Positions 9,529 through 20,569 of a stretch of 64,000 bases of DNA are shown here, one piece after another. The stretch is taken from the NCBI GenBank assembly GCA_965206595.1, contig OZ242214.1, positions 6,816,001 to 6,880,000 of the forward strand, given 5' to 3'. Position numbers and translations under genes: made by a program. This stretch comes from Candidatus Latescibacterota bacterium (GTDB taxonomy: Bacteria; Latescibacterota; UBA2968; UBA8231). The notes under the pieces were generated by a model. It made no database searches and was not told the DNA's origin. It saw only the letters and a list, made by a program, of their open reading frames with translations. Position 1 is the stretch's first letter. Each line of letters starts with the position of its first letter.

Positions 9529-9850
9529 GGCCCCCCTGCCGGCCGTGATGCCGTAACAGGTGGCCGGCCTCCTCGGGGACTGATTCACCGCTACTGCTGC
9601 TGCCCCGCCGTTCATTCCCGATATCATTTGTCGGCTCCGATCGCTTACACGTGACACCGTCCGGTCACAGTTTCGCGGACTGACGCACTGCTGTCCGGTA
9701 TGCAAGCATATCCCGTACCACTTTGCCCGCGGCCTGCGCCGCCGGTATATTGCGCGCTTTGCCCGACACTGCCCCCCCGGCGCGGCGTTGCGCCCGCCCT
9801 CGGCCGCCGGCGCGCACCACCCCCCATAAGCGATTCTCACCAGGTTTCCA

Positions 9851-11428
9851 GTGTCTCTCACGGCTTTCCATTCACCGGGACATCGCACCCGGACCTGGAG
9901 CGGATGGGGTGCTCCCGCGCTCTCCGGACTGCTGCTGTCGCTGGCCTTCCCGACGGCTCCGCACCACCCGATGGCATGGGCCCACGGCTCGCCCTGGGCT
10001 TTCGTCGCCCTGCTGCCGCTGTTCGCCTGCTTTCCGCGGCGGACCTGGAAGGAGGGGTTCCGCTGCGGCTGGGTGACCGGCAGCTTCTTCAGCCTCTACA
10101 GCCTATACTGGGTCGCCTTCACGCAGGGAGGCGGTCCCGCGGTCGTCGCCGGCACCCTGCTGATGGCGGGTTACATCGGGGTGTTCTACGGACTGGCAGG
10201 CGCCGGGTTGTCCGCGGCCGTCAAGGCCTGGCCGCATGCCGGCTGGCTGGCGGCGCCGCTGCTCTGGACCGCGGTGGAGTACCTGCTGTCGCTGGGGGAG
10301 CTCGGGTTTCCCTGGCTCCTGCTCGGCTCCACCCAGGCGACAACCGTGGAGCTGATCCAGTACGCCGAGATCACCGGGGTGTACGGCGTATCCTTCTGGG
10401 CGGCCGCGGTCAACGTCGTCCTGTGGCTGACGCTGCGCAGCCCCGGTCTGCGGCAGGGTATGGCCGGCGCCGCGGCGCTGCTCGCCCTGTTCGCCTGCCC
10501 CTGGTGGTACTCGACCGCGATCATCGACTCGGCCCCTGCGGAGCAGAGCGTCAGGGTCGGACTGGTGCAGAACAACCTCGGCCTGGAGAAATGGCGGCGC
10601 GGCGGACTGGAGCGCAGTTTCATCACCCTCGAACAGCTCTCCCGGGCGGCGGCCGCGCAGCGCCCCGACCTCCTCGTCTGGCCTGAGACCGCAGTCCCCT
10701 GCCGGGTACGCACCCGCGAGGACTGCCGCAGCCGCGTCGAGGACCTGGTCGCCGAGCTAGGGGTCCCGGTCCTGACCGGGGCCTCGGACACCGACCCGCG
10801 CACCCGGGAGCCGTACAACGCCGCTTTCTACTTCTCGGGGGAGCGGCAGCTGCAGAGGTATGCCAAGATGCACCTGGTGCCGTTCGGCGAGCGCACCCCC
10901 TTCATGGATTTCGTGCCGCTGCTGCGCGAAATCGACTGGACCGCCCTGACCGGAGACCTCGGTCCGGCCGAGTTCGCCCGCGGGCGCGAGCGCACCCTGT
11001 TCGAGCATCCGCGCGGGGACTTCGCGGTGCTGATCTGCTTCGAGTCGGTGTTCCCCGACCTGGTCCGCGGCCACGTCGCCGGCGGCGCCGATTTCCTCGT
11101 CGTGATCACCAACGACTCCTGGTTCGGCCGCACCGCCGGTCCCTACCAGCACGCGCAGTTGGCGGTGTTCCGGGCGGTCGAGAACCGCACCGCAATCGCC
11201 CGTTGCGCCACGAGCGGGGTCTCCCTGTTCGTCGACCGGTACGGCCGCACGTCGCAGTCGACGCCGGTCTTCACCCAGGCGCACGCCGTCGGCGACCTCG
11301 CCATCGGGTCGCCAGGGACCTTCTACACCCGCCGCGGCGACCTGTTCGCCCAGCTGGTCACCGCCGCGGCCTTCATTGCCACCGTGGTCGCCTTACAGCG
11401 CGCGCGACGTTCGTCTGGGGAGTATTAA
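9851..11428 (+). CDS. lnt: Apolipoprotein N-acyltransferase
   Basis: Multiple TM helices; GFPW, VWPETA, YAKMHLVPFGE, LICFES, ITNDSWFG, RAVENR. Confidence 0.95.
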   Translation: MSLTAFHSPGHRTRTWSGWGAPALSGLLLSLAFPTAPHHPMAWAHGSPWAFVALLPLFACFPRRTWKEGFRCGWVTGSFFSLYSLYWVAFTQGGGPAVVAGTLLMAGYIGVFYGLAGAGLSAAVKAWPHAGWLAAPLLWTAVEYLLSLGELGFPWLLLGSTQATTVELIQYAEITGVYGVSFWAAAVNVVLWLTLRSPGLRQGMAGAAALLALFACPWWYSTAIIDSAPAEQSVRVGLVQNNLGLEKWRRGGLERSFITLEQLSRAAAAQRPDLLVWPETAVPCRVRTREDCRSRVEDLVAELGVPVLTGASDTDPRTREPYNAAFYFSGERQLQRYAKMHLVPFGERTPFMDFVPLLREIDWTALTGDLGPAEFARGRERTLFEHPRGDFAVLICFESVFPDLVRGHVAGGADFLVVITNDSWFGRTAGPYQHAQLAVFRAVENRTAIARCATSGVSLFVDRYGRTSQSTPVFTQAHAVGDLAIGSPGTFYTRRGDLFAQLVTAAAFIATVVALQRARRSSGEY

Positions 11429-11633
11429 AATCGAGGATACGAGCCAGGAATCGGGCCCGTCCGCCGAAAAATCCGGATGCCGCGTACGAACCGTTGAAAC
11501 CCAGGCCATTGCGACAGAAGCCTTGGGCACTTCCGGTCCCGTCGATGAACCTCGGCCGAAGAACCTTCTGCTGGTGAGGGAGCCTCTGCCGGGAATCCGC
11601 ACGAACCCGACTGGCAGCTACCACCGCCCACCG

Positions 11634-11830
11634 CTACAGGCCGAAAGCGAACCCGTCCCTTCTGGGGTCGGCCCCGCCCTGGAAGACACCCTCCACCGGG
11701 TCCACCGCGATGGCCTGGGCGCCTCCGACACCTGGTGACCACGGGTCCAGTGTTTCCACTTCGTGTGCGTAGAGGGCGAGGGCACGCCGCACTTCGACCG
11801 GGAAACGCTCTTCCATGGCGAGGTGGGTCG
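11634..11830 (-). pseudogene. Gamma-glutamyltransferase C-terminal remnant
   Basis: GGAQAIAVDPVEGVFQGGADPRRDGFAFGL* is the typical GGT C-terminus; no upstream body. Confidence 0.7.
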
Positions 11831-11998
11831 ACCCGCTTGCCCGGCGCCGACCTCGCAGTCGATCGGCAGGGGCCGGAACCGGTCTCGAGGGGTCGACAAC
11901 CGTCATTGCATACCCCGGTACCGCGCCCGAACCCAGGGCGCCGGCAGTTGTCTCGAGCGTCGATATCCCCGTTTATGCTCTCCTTTCGAGGGGAAGAC

Positions 11999-12325
11999 AT
12001 GACCGGAAACAACCCCGAACCCATCGGGCCCCATGACCTCGGGGGCCTCCCTGCCGCGGCGATCGATCGCCGCGAGCGGGACCTCGCGCACTGGGAGTGC
12101 CAGGTAGAGGCAATGGTCATGCTGTTGTTGAAAAAGGGCGTCATCACCGATTTCGCGCAGGTACGGCGGGGAATTGAAGCGCTGGATCCCGGATTGTACG
12201 AAAAGCTCGGCTACTACGAACGCTGGGCGAGCGCCGCGGCCGACCACGTCTGCCGGCAGGGGCTGGTGACGCGAGAGGAACTGGAGGCCCGCATCGACGG
12301 GATCCGTCCGCGGGGGAAGTCCTGA
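11999..12325 (+). CDS. Nitrile hydratase beta N-terminal half / thiocyanate hydrolase beta-like subunit
   Basis: PHDLGG, HWE, VRRGIEAL, YYERW motifs; stop overlaps next start (TGATG). Confidence 0.85.
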   Translation: MTGNNPEPIGPHDLGGLPAAAIDRRERDLAHWECQVEAMVMLLLKKGVITDFAQVRRGIEALDPGLYEKLGYYERWASAAADHVCRQGLVTREELEARIDGIRPRGKS

Positions 12326-12627
12326 TGGCTCGCTTCCGGAGCTGCGATCCCGTGCGCATCTCTTCTCGCACGGAGCCCGGACATCACCGGGTCCCCGCCT
12401 ACGCCAAGGGGCGCGTCGGAGTGGTCGAACGGGTGTGTGCCGGGATGTTCGGGGCACCGGAAGAACTTGCCCTGGGGAATACCCGAACTCCCTTGCAGCC
12501 CCTGTACAGAGTCCGCTTGAAGCAAGTGGATCTGTGGCCGGATTACGAAGGCCCTCCGAGCGACTGCCTGGAGCTCGAGATCTTCGAGCACTGGCTCGAA
12601 CCTGTCCGGGAGGCCGACCGTGGCTGA
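12325..12627 (+). CDS. Nitrile hydratase beta C-terminal SH3-like half / thiocyanate hydrolase alpha-like subunit
   Basis: GHHRVPAYAKGRVGVVER, PEELALG, PLYRVR, DLWPDY, EIFEHWLEP. Confidence 0.85.
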   Translation: MARFRSCDPVRISSRTEPGHHRVPAYAKGRVGVVERVCAGMFGAPEELALGNTRTPLQPLYRVRLKQVDLWPDYEGPPSDCLELEIFEHWLEPVREADRG

Positions 12628-13258
12628 GCAGGAACCACATCAGGACAGCTTCCACTACCACCCGTCACGACCGGACCACCCCGAGCCGGCGTCCCGATAC
12701 GAGCTGATGGGGGTAGCTCTGAACGAATTGTTGATCGAGAAAGGCGTCTACACCGACGCTGAGCTTCGGGACGCGATTGCGGCAATCGAGGCGGTCGAGC
12801 CTTCTTCTCACGGCGCCCGGGTCATCGCCAGAGCCTGGTCGAAGCCGCAGTTCAAAGCAGCGTTGCTCGCCGATGGAAACGGGGCGATATCCGGGCTGGG
12901 TCTGGATCCGGGTCACACCGTGCTGACGGTTGTCGAGAACAGCCCCGGGGTGCACAACGTCGTCGTCTGCACCCTCTGCTCCTGTTACCCGCGGAGATTG
13001 CTGGGACGGCCTCCGACCTGGTACAAGAGCGCAGCCTACCGCTCCCGCATGGTACACGAGCCGCGGGCGGTCCTGCGGGAGTTCGGCACCGTCATCGCCG
13101 ATGAAGTCGCAGTGCGGGTGCACGACTCCACCGCGGAGCTGCGTTACCTGGTAATGCCCGTGCGGCCGGTGGGTACGGAGGATTTCAGCGAGGATGAGCT
13201 CGCAAACCTGATCACCCGCGACAGCATGATCGGGGTTGCCCCGGCGCGCCAGCCGTGA
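12620..13258 (+). CDS. Co-type nitrile hydratase alpha / thiocyanate hydrolase gamma-like metal subunit
   Basis: VCTLCSCY metal-binding motif, GARVIARAW, YRSRMV, VHDSTAELRYLVMP, ITRDSMIG. Confidence 0.92.
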   Translation: MAEQEPHQDSFHYHPSRPDHPEPASRYELMGVALNELLIEKGVYTDAELRDAIAAIEAVEPSSHGARVIARAWSKPQFKAALLADGNGAISGLGLDPGHTVLTVVENSPGVHNVVVCTLCSCYPRRLLGRPPTWYKSAAYRSRMVHEPRAVLREFGTVIADEVAVRVHDSTAELRYLVMPVRPVGTEDFSEDELANLITRDSMIGVAPARQP

Positions 13259-13392
13259 AGGCGGAGGCATGCCATGGATCTGGCACGCCTCCGGAAGGGG
13301 TCCGACAGAGCAATCCCCGACGCTGCAATCCCGGTCCTCCCCGAATGCCGCTATCGCTATATTGAAGCGCCTCGAAAACAGGAGCATGTGCC

Positions 13393-14151
13393 TTGGAACC
13401 CTACCTGCAATACAAGAGCACCTACGAACGCCAGGGGTACGTATTGATCGACGGCTTCCTGCCTGCGGACGAGTTCGGAATCCTGGTAGAAAATGTGGCG
13501 CGCTACGTGCGCGACGTGGCGCCGGCCCTGGAGGATGGGGCGGCCTTCTACCAGGACCAGAAGCGCCCCGAGACCCTCAAGCAGCTCCAGCGGATGGAAG
13601 AGTTCGACCCTTGCTTCAAGGAGTACTGCGGCGACAGGCGCTGGAACAGGTTGGCCGCCACCTTGATCGGCGAACCCGCCAAACCGATGCAGGCGGAATG
13701 GTTCAACAAGCCGCCCGGTACCGAGCATCCGACACCCCCCCACCAGGACAACTATTATTTCAAGCTCGTACCCTGCAACGTCGCTTCCGTCTGGGTAGCC
13801 ATAGATCCGATCGACGAGGAAAACGGCTGCCTGCGTTATGTGACCGGTTCGCACCTCACGGGAATACGACCACACGGGCGTACCGATATTCTCGGATTTT
13901 CGCAGGGTATCCTCGACTACGGTCCGGAGGACGAGGCAAAGGAAGTCGCACTGCAACTGAACCCGGGGGATGCCCTCATCCATCACGGGGGGATCATCCA
14001 CCGCGCAGATCCGAACAGTTCGACGAGCCGCCACCGGCGGGCCTTTGCCATGGTCTTCGTGGGAGAGAGCTGCCGGACGGATGAAGAGGCCAAGCGGGAA
14101 TACTCGGAAGCCCTGAAGAATCAGCACGAGGAATTCGGGCTCGACACCTGA
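13393..14151 (+). CDS. Phytanoyl-CoA dioxygenase (PhyH) family Fe(II)/2OG oxygenase
   Basis: FNKPPG..TPPHQD, ENGCLRYVTGSH, PGDALIHH..IIHR; TTG start with AGGAG RBS. Confidence 0.88.
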   Translation: MEPYLQYKSTYERQGYVLIDGFLPADEFGILVENVARYVRDVAPALEDGAAFYQDQKRPETLKQLQRMEEFDPCFKEYCGDRRWNRLAATLIGEPAKPMQAEWFNKPPGTEHPTPPHQDNYYFKLVPCNVASVWVAIDPIDEENGCLRYVTGSHLTGIRPHGRTDILGFSQGILDYGPEDEAKEVALQLNPGDALIHHGGIIHRADPNSSTSRHRRAFAMVFVGESCRTDEEAKREYSEALKNQHEEFGLDT

Positions 14152-14197
14152 CCATCGCGGTCTCCGGCAACCGGACAGCCGCGGGGCCGGTTTCCCT

Positions 14198-15000
14198 ATG
14201 AACAACCAGACCACGCTCAGACAGCTGCTGGCGCGCGACCGGATCCTGGTCGCCCCTGCTGCTTCGACATGATTTCGGCAAGGCTCATCGAGCGGGCCGG
14301 TTTCGAGGCCGTCTATCTCGGCGGTTACGCCCACGTCGCTTCCCACCTCGGGCTGCCCGACGCAGGCCTGGCGACGTTTAGCGAAATACGGGAATGCCCT
14401 CAACATGCGCCGGACGGTCCAGGAGTACGAGCAGGCCGGGGCCCAGGCCATCCAGGTCGAGGACCAGGAAATGCCGAAAAAATGCGGCCACACCCCCGGC
14501 AAGCGCCTGATCGAGGCGCGAGAGATGGCGCTGAAGATCGAAGCGGCCGTTCACTCCCGGCGCAGCGAAGAATTTCTGATAATCGCGCGCACCGATGCCA
14601 TCGCGGTTGCGGGACTGCAGGAGGCGGTCGAGCGCGGGAAGCTCTACGAGCGGGCGGGAGCCGACGTCGTCTTTCTCGAAGCGCCGACCACGGTGGAAGA
14701 GCTCGAGGTCGCGGCCGGTTCGTTCGGGGTCCCCACGATGGCCAACATGATAGAGGGAGGAAAAACCCCCTTCCTCACGGCGGCAGAGCTCGAAGGGCTC
14801 GGGTTCCGGATCGCCGCCTATCCACACTCCCTGATCCTGGGCTGCATCCGGTCGATCGACAAGACCCTCCGCGCCCTCAAGGAGCATGGAACGACCCGGG
14901 AGGTCGCCGGGGAGATGGCGGATTTTCCGAGCTGGACGAACTCATCGGCTTTCCCGAGGCGCGCGCATGGGAAGCCAGGTACACCCCCCGGGAAGTCTGA
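14198..15000 (+). pseudogene. Isocitrate lyase/PEP mutase (PrpB-like) pseudogene
   Basis: ILVAP/FDMISAR, GLPDAGL, EDQEMPKKCGH, IIARTDA, ANMIEGGKTP split over frames; the DxDTGYG segment is missing near 14395. Confidence 0.8.
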
Positions 15001-15020
15001 CTCGCTCGATACGCCGAGAT

Positions 15021-15920
15021 TTAGTCGAACGGGTAGACCTTCCGTCCGAGATTCACGTAGCGGTCCACGACCCGCTTGTGGTCGTGGACGTTGGGCTCCG
15101 AGACTGCGAAGATGTTGCCGGCAAACTCCTCGTAGCAGGCGCGGAAGTGGCCGGCGGATTTCATCCTATGTAGCGCATCTCCCGCCCGTCCAGGTCCAGG
15201 GTCCTGGCGAGGGCGGTGTCGTAGGGTTGCTCTCGGCGGCTGACGACCAGGACATGGAGGCCGCCCTGGCGGATATGGGCGCAGGGCGCTGCGCCGACGA
15301 GTTGGGGTTCATCCCCCAGACCAGGGGCAGCGGATGCAGAGCCATCGTCGGGCGCAGGCCTGGCGCAGCGTCCGGTCATGCTGGCGCACTTGAGGCCGCA
15401 TTCCTCCTGATCGATCTCCGGGAAAGTCTGGTGGACGACCAGGGCATCGGCCATCGCCGCCATCCGCTGCGACATTTTGGTGTGGATGTCCAGCTCGCTG
15501 ACTATCGGCACTCCGGGGCCGACCTGGTCGCGTACGGCTTCGAGAATATGCCCGCCGTCGTCGACCCCCTCGGCCACCCTGGCTCCGTGCAGGCTCAGGA
15601 TGACGCCGTCGATGGAGCCGACCGCTTTCAGCCGCTCGAGCAGGTCGTTCAGGATGCGGTCGAAGACCTCCCGCGGCGTCGGCCCGCTGGGGTGAGCGTT
15701 GGCGAAGATGGTCGGGATGAGCTCGGAGCCATGTTTCTCCGCCCCGGCAATGAACCTCCCATGGCGGAGTTGGTGCCGCGGAACTTTTCGACAATGGCAT
15801 CGCCGGCGAGGTAGCCAAGCGGTGCCGGCGCCAGCTCTCCCAGGTGGTGGCGACCGTCGTGAAAGTGCTGGTTTCGTGGCAGAAGGCCCCGGTGGCGACC
15901 CGCATCGGCGGGCCGGTCAT
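15021..15920 (-). pseudogene. M81/MlrC-family metallopeptidase pseudogene
   Basis: RVATGAFCHETSTF start; LHG...DDGG...VPIVSELDIH in another frame; much shorter than a full-length family member. Confidence 0.7.
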
Positions 15921-16639
15921 TGCGAACGCATCTTCTGCTGATAATCCTTGATTCCCTGCCAGGTCAGACCGGGGTCGGAGAAGATCGCGTGGTAGCGGGC
16001 CTCCCGTTCCTGAATCTCCCTGCTCTTTTCCAGCACCTTCGCGGGGTCGTCCCCCGCCGGGATCTTCACCACCCCGTCCCGGTCGGCGGCGACGATTTCC
16101 CCCGGGTGGATCAGGAGCTCGTTGACCGTGATCGGCTGATTATGGCGCACCAGGCTGAGCACCCCATGGCCCGGGGTGACCCCGGTTCCCCAGACCGGCA
16201 GGCCCACTCTTTCGATTCCGGCCAGGTCCCGTATGGATCCGTCGACGACGATACCGCTTACCCCCAGGTGCTTGTGAGTGGCGGCCATGCCGTCTCCCAG
16301 AGACGCGCCGCGGCCGGCACGTGTGTCGACGTCCTTCATGATGGTCACCATCGGGCCCGGCGACTGGTCGAGAAAGTCGTAGTAGTCGTACCAGGCCAGG
16401 GCGGGCACGTCCGGGTCGTGGGTGGTCAGCTCGCAGGTGACCGCGTAGCCGACCGCCATGCCGAGTCGGGGCAGCATGCACTGCATCCCGGGGCCCATGT
16501 AATTGAACGGCATTCCACCCTGGTCCTCGAGCTCGCGTCCGCCCTGGCTGGCGCCGCGAGCCTCGATCACGGCGTTGAAAATCGTTGCCGTGTCGAGCTC
16601 TCGGAGGCCTTCGAAAACTTCCGGCAATACCTGTTTCAT
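15917..16639 (-). CDS. RraA-family protein (HMG aldolase-like)
   Basis: VGYAVT, LGDGMA, GIVVDGSIRD, PGEIVAADRDGVV. Confidence 0.85.
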   Translation of the reverse strand: MKQVLPEVFEGLRELDTATIFNAVIEARGASQGGRELEDQGGMPFNYMGPGMQCMLPRLGMAVGYAVTCELTTHDPDVPALAWYDYYDFLDQSPGPMVTIMKDVDTRAGRGASLGDGMAATHKHLGVSGIVVDGSIRDLAGIERVGLPVWGTGVTPGHGVLSLVRHNQPITVNELLIHPGEIVAADRDGVVKIPAGDDPAKVLEKSREIQEREARYHAIFSDPGLTWQGIKDYQQKMRSQ

Positions 16640-16691
16640 TTTTCTGTCTCCTGTTGAAAGTCGGACGCCCGCCCGACAGTCGGTCCCCGAG

Positions 16692-17027
16692 TCACGGCAA
16701 CTCCACCAGGTCGACGAGCATACCCAGCTCGTTGCAGGTGCGGATCACATCGCGCCCGAAACCGGTCAGTCCGGGAGGATCGTTCAGCTTGGCGCTGGAG
16801 TCCCCCCACGAGGTCGCGCTCAGGTGGCTGGGGCACATGACCCGTATGCCCCGACGGTAGTAAAAGCGGAGCACGCCGAGGCTGTCGGCGATGAAGCCGC
16901 TGACCAGCATCGGCACCATCGCGATCCTGCCGGCGGCGGCGAGCCTGGAGACGTCGTCCCCTGAGCAGGCGACCTCGACATGGTCCGCGCAGACCTCGGC
17001 GAACTGCTTGTGCAGGTCGAGGTTCAT
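16692..17027 (-). pseudogene. Membrane dipeptidase (M19) internal fragment
   Basis: LRFYYRRGIR...WGDSS...GLTGFGRDVIRTCNELGMLVDL then premature stop. Confidence 0.7.
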
Positions 17028-17213
17028 CACTACAGCGGAATGAACCGGCTTGTCGACCGGCGCGTCAATCGGCTGCCGCCGCGGGAAATCGCCACCCCGT
17101 CCAGGCCGGAACCCATAGCCGGCCCCCACCGGGCTTGCTATTTTCCACGGATTCCCGGCAGGGAGACCGGTTTCCCGGCGTCCCCATCGCCCCGGCCGGA
17201 GGCACGAGAATCG

Positions 17214-18064
17214 ATGATCACCGACGAACAGATGGCGGCCTACTTCCGCGATGGATTCGCAATCCTCGAGAAAGTCATTTCCCCCGGGGCCCTGCCGGAA
17301 GTACGGCAAAGCTACGAGGAGACGATCGCCGCGGCCCTGGACCTGGGCCGGGCTCAGCGGGACGAGTCCAGCGGATTTCTCAGGGTGTATCGATTCCAGA
17401 ATCCCCATCACCCCACCCTGGCGCAGCGCCCCCTCGTGGAAGCTCTCTGCGCTGCCGACATCATGGACTTCGCCGACAGGCTGTGCGGGGGTGACGTGGC
17501 CATGCACGGAATCGCCGCCTTCGCGATGGACGAAGATTTCGACTACCGGAGCAGCTGGCACCGGGATTCCTATTTTGCCTGGGGAAAGGACTCACCCGCG
17601 GAAAGGCGGATTCGCAAGATCGAGAAGCTGCCCGTGACGCAGGTTCTCGTGGCACTCGAGGACGACGCCTCGTTCTGGTTCGTTCCCGGCTCCCACAAAC
17701 GGGGGAACACCGAAGAAGAAGAGGCGCGGTTCGAAGAGGGGCGCACAGGCTGGGAGGAGATGTTCCCCGGCGCCGTGCAGGTGAGGCTCGACGCCGGCAG
17801 CGCGGCCCCCTTCGACGCGCGGGGAATCCACCGGGGACTCAAGGACCCGGAGTCCGCAGGCGGTCCCTCTTCATCATCATCTACGGGACCGCTGCATGGG
17901 CAAGGGAGTCGGCCGTCAGCGAGTGGGCCAGGGAGGCGGAGTATTCGGAGTCGACCTACCTCGAGGCGCTTCCCGAACCGTTTCGGAGATCGCCCGAAAA
18001 GACCGTAGCCGCCCTCGGTCCGGTCAGAAGTGTCGAAAGTGGAAGACCAGAAAGAGCTCGATAG
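17214..18064 (+). pseudogene. PhyH-family dioxygenase, frameshifted near 17850
   Basis: MITDEQMAAYFRDGF, WHRD, FVPGSH, GIHRG; plausible C-terminus (RRRSLFIIIYG...) continues in another frame. Confidence 0.65.
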
Positions 18065-18950
18065 CAACCAAGGCGAAGCGGAAGGGGACGGCTCTGCCGA
18101 GATGCCGTTTCTCGACCACCTCGAGGAGCTTCGCTGGTGCTTCCTCAAATCGCTGGCCGCGGTCCTCGCCGGAGCGCTGATCTGCTTCGCCTTCAGCGAC
18201 GCCATCGTGAAGATCCTCACCTACCCGTACGAGGAAGCGGTGATCAGCATGCAGACCGCGAGGGCCACCGGCCCGGTCGAAGCGGTGCGCAGCTTGCTGC
18301 TTCGCTGGTGGGACTCGGGGTTTTACCCGGCGCTTCCCGATTCGTCCATCGGAGAGGCGGATCCGGCGATCCCTCCGGGCCGCCGGCTCCAGTCGCTGCG
18401 CCCGATGACCTATTTCTTCGTCACCCTGCAGATCGCCATCATCGGTGGCCTCGTGCTCTCCCTTCCTGTGGTCTTTCACCAGCTCTGGCGCTTCGTCGCC
18501 CCCGGGCTTCTCGCTCGCGAGCGCCGACTGCTGCTCCCGGTCGCCGGGCTCAGCGCCTTCTGCTTCGGCTGCGGGGGCCTGATCGCCTACTGGATCGTCC
18601 TCCCCCTCGGGCTGAGGTTCTTTCTCGGGCTCGAGCCCCCGGACATGACCTCCCAGTGGGCGGTCGACGAGTACATCGGTTTCGTTCTGCGGCTGCTGCT
18701 CGGGTTCGGCCTGGTGTTCGAGCTGCCGGTGGTGACGCTGATGCTGGCCAGGATGGGGGTCGTCACACCGGAGCTGATGCGCCGGTTCAGGCGCTACGGG
18801 ATCGTCGCCATCTTCCTGCTCGCCGCCATCTTCACCCCGCCAGATCCGCTGTCGCAGTTGCTGATGGCGCTGCCCCTGCTCGGCCTCTACGAGATCAGCA
18901 TCTGGGTCGCCAAGGTGGCGTCGCGGCGGTCGCCTGATTCCGACTCCTGA
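18030..18950 (+). CDS. tatC: Twin-arginine translocase TatC
   Basis: EMPFLDHLEELR, LWRFVAPGL, FGLVFELPV, AAIFTPPDPLSQ, LYEISI. Confidence 0.95.
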   Translation: MSKVEDQKELDSNQGEAEGDGSAEMPFLDHLEELRWCFLKSLAAVLAGALICFAFSDAIVKILTYPYEEAVISMQTARATGPVEAVRSLLLRWWDSGFYPALPDSSIGEADPAIPPGRRLQSLRPMTYFFVTLQIAIIGGLVLSLPVVFHQLWRFVAPGLLARERRLLLPVAGLSAFCFGCGGLIAYWIVLPLGLRFFLGLEPPDMTSQWAVDEYIGFVLRLLLGFGLVFELPVVTLMLARMGVVTPELMRRFRRYGIVAIFLLAAIFTPPDPLSQLLMALPLLGLYEISIWVAKVASRRSPDSDS

Positions 18951-18969
18951 GATTCCGCGGTCCGTCGGA

Positions 18970-19668
18970 AAGTGGCCCGGCCTGGCGGCAGGGCGCCTGC
19001 GCATTCTCGTTCCGGCCATCTTTCCTTCGCGCTCAAAACACCGTGGTCGGATGGGACCCGCCATCTCCTGCTGTCTCCGATGGAACTGCTGGAGAAGCTG
19101 GCGGCTCTGGTTCCCCCGTCCCGGTTTCATCTCCTGCGCTACCACGGGGTCCTGGCGCCCCGGGCCCGCGACCGCATCGTGCCGGCCAAGCCGGTTGCCG
19201 AGCCGTCGGCGGCGGACGGCGATGCGAGCGCTGCGTCCTGCGGCCATCGGCTGCGGTGGGCGACCCTGCTGGCGCGGGTGTTTTCCACCGACCTCAGCGA
19301 ATGCGCGGCCTGTGGCGGGCGCGTGCGGATCGTCGCCGCCCTGACCGATCCGACCTCGATCCGGACCTATCTGGAGGGGGTAGGACTGCCGGCGATGCCC
19401 CCGCCGAGGTCCCTGCCTGAGCCGCTGTTCGAGTTCGCCGCCTGACCTGCCTTCGACCCGTCGCCGTCGCCGGGCGTACGGCGGGGTGTGCCCTCAACGG
19501 TCCCTCATGCCCCGTATTGATCCGGATATGGGCCCTACAGGCAACCAAACTGTACTGCGAGCTCGGTCGAAGGACTGGAAAAACGATCCTCAGGGAAGTT
19601 GCCAGACCCTTGCGGTGCGCTCAGCGCCTTGACCGAGAGTCCAAAAAGGTGCCTCATTTTGCCTATAC
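18970..19668 (+). mobile_element. IS91/ISCR-family rolling-circle element, 3' remnant with oriIS-like end (copy 1)
   Basis: LKTPWSDGT...LAALVPPSRFHLLRYHGVLAP...WATLLARVF..CAACGG; ends GTGCCTCATTTTGCCTATAC (19649-19668), resembling ISCR oriIS ..TTCCTATAC. Confidence 0.8.
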
Positions 19669-20341
19669 TTTGAACCGGGAGATCCCCGTCGATCCGTCGT
19701 GGATGCCGGAGGGCATGACCATCGAGGAGCTCGAGCGCATGCGCGGCACCCACGAGCCGAGCGGGATCCTGCTCGAGGACTGGTTCGTCGAGCACGTGGT
19801 GCTGAACCCGGCCCTGACCGGGGTCATGCGCTCCCTCCTCGGCGCCCACATCGGTCTGCCGGTCCTCGTCAGCAACCACAGGGTCGAGTGTCCCGCCGAG
19901 GCCCCACCGAGATCGCCCCGCGCACCCACATCTCCCGCAGCGACGACAACTTCACCGGCGAAGGCGTCCTCGCCGGAGGGCCCGCCGGCACCCTGGGCAT
20001 CCACCACCAGAGCAATCCTCCACCGCCGCGGCGCCTCCACCGCCACGGGGCTGCGCCAAATGCTCAAGTACAACTACTGGCGCACCTCGCCCCCCTGCCG
20101 CGACTGGATCGAGGATCCGGAGTTGGACCCGCGCACCGCCTGGTACGACGGCCACGCCCACTGCCAGTACGTGGCCCACATGTTCTGGTGGCTGAGCGGC
20201 AAGGGGGACGAGTACCGCATCATCGGGGGCCAGGGCTGGCCCTTCCGCACCCCGAACCAGATCGGCCCGTCGTACGGGTACGGGCGGCCCACCGGGTACC
20301 AGCCCGACTGGCGCCGGACCCCGGACGGGTACGCGCGCTGA
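19669..20341 (+). pseudogene. PhyH-like dioxygenase remnant, 5'-truncated at the IS91 end
   Basis: LNPALTGVMRSLLG, PRTH, GPAGT...ILHRRG..RQMLKYNYWR pieces across frames. Confidence 0.55.
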
Positions 20342-20569
20342 AGGGGAACAAGCCCGGGCCCTTTCTTCGGGAATTAGGTCGAGTATTGGCCAGGGACTGA
20401 GATGGACACCAGTTGCTGGGTGCTGCCGAAGGACCACAAGCGAACAGGGAGTTGGCACCATCCTGACCCTGGTCTGGGCTCGCGCCTTGACAGAAAAGTC
20501 CAAGAGGAGCCCTTTCTCCTCACTCATCGCAGTGGCCAGATTCCTCAAGCGATTCGTAGGAGGCTCCCT

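Noticed and set aside
14405-15814. 469-aa ORF as a novel fusion protein
   Set aside because: It is the PrpB-like pseudogene reading through a frameshift into the antisense of the M81 remnant.
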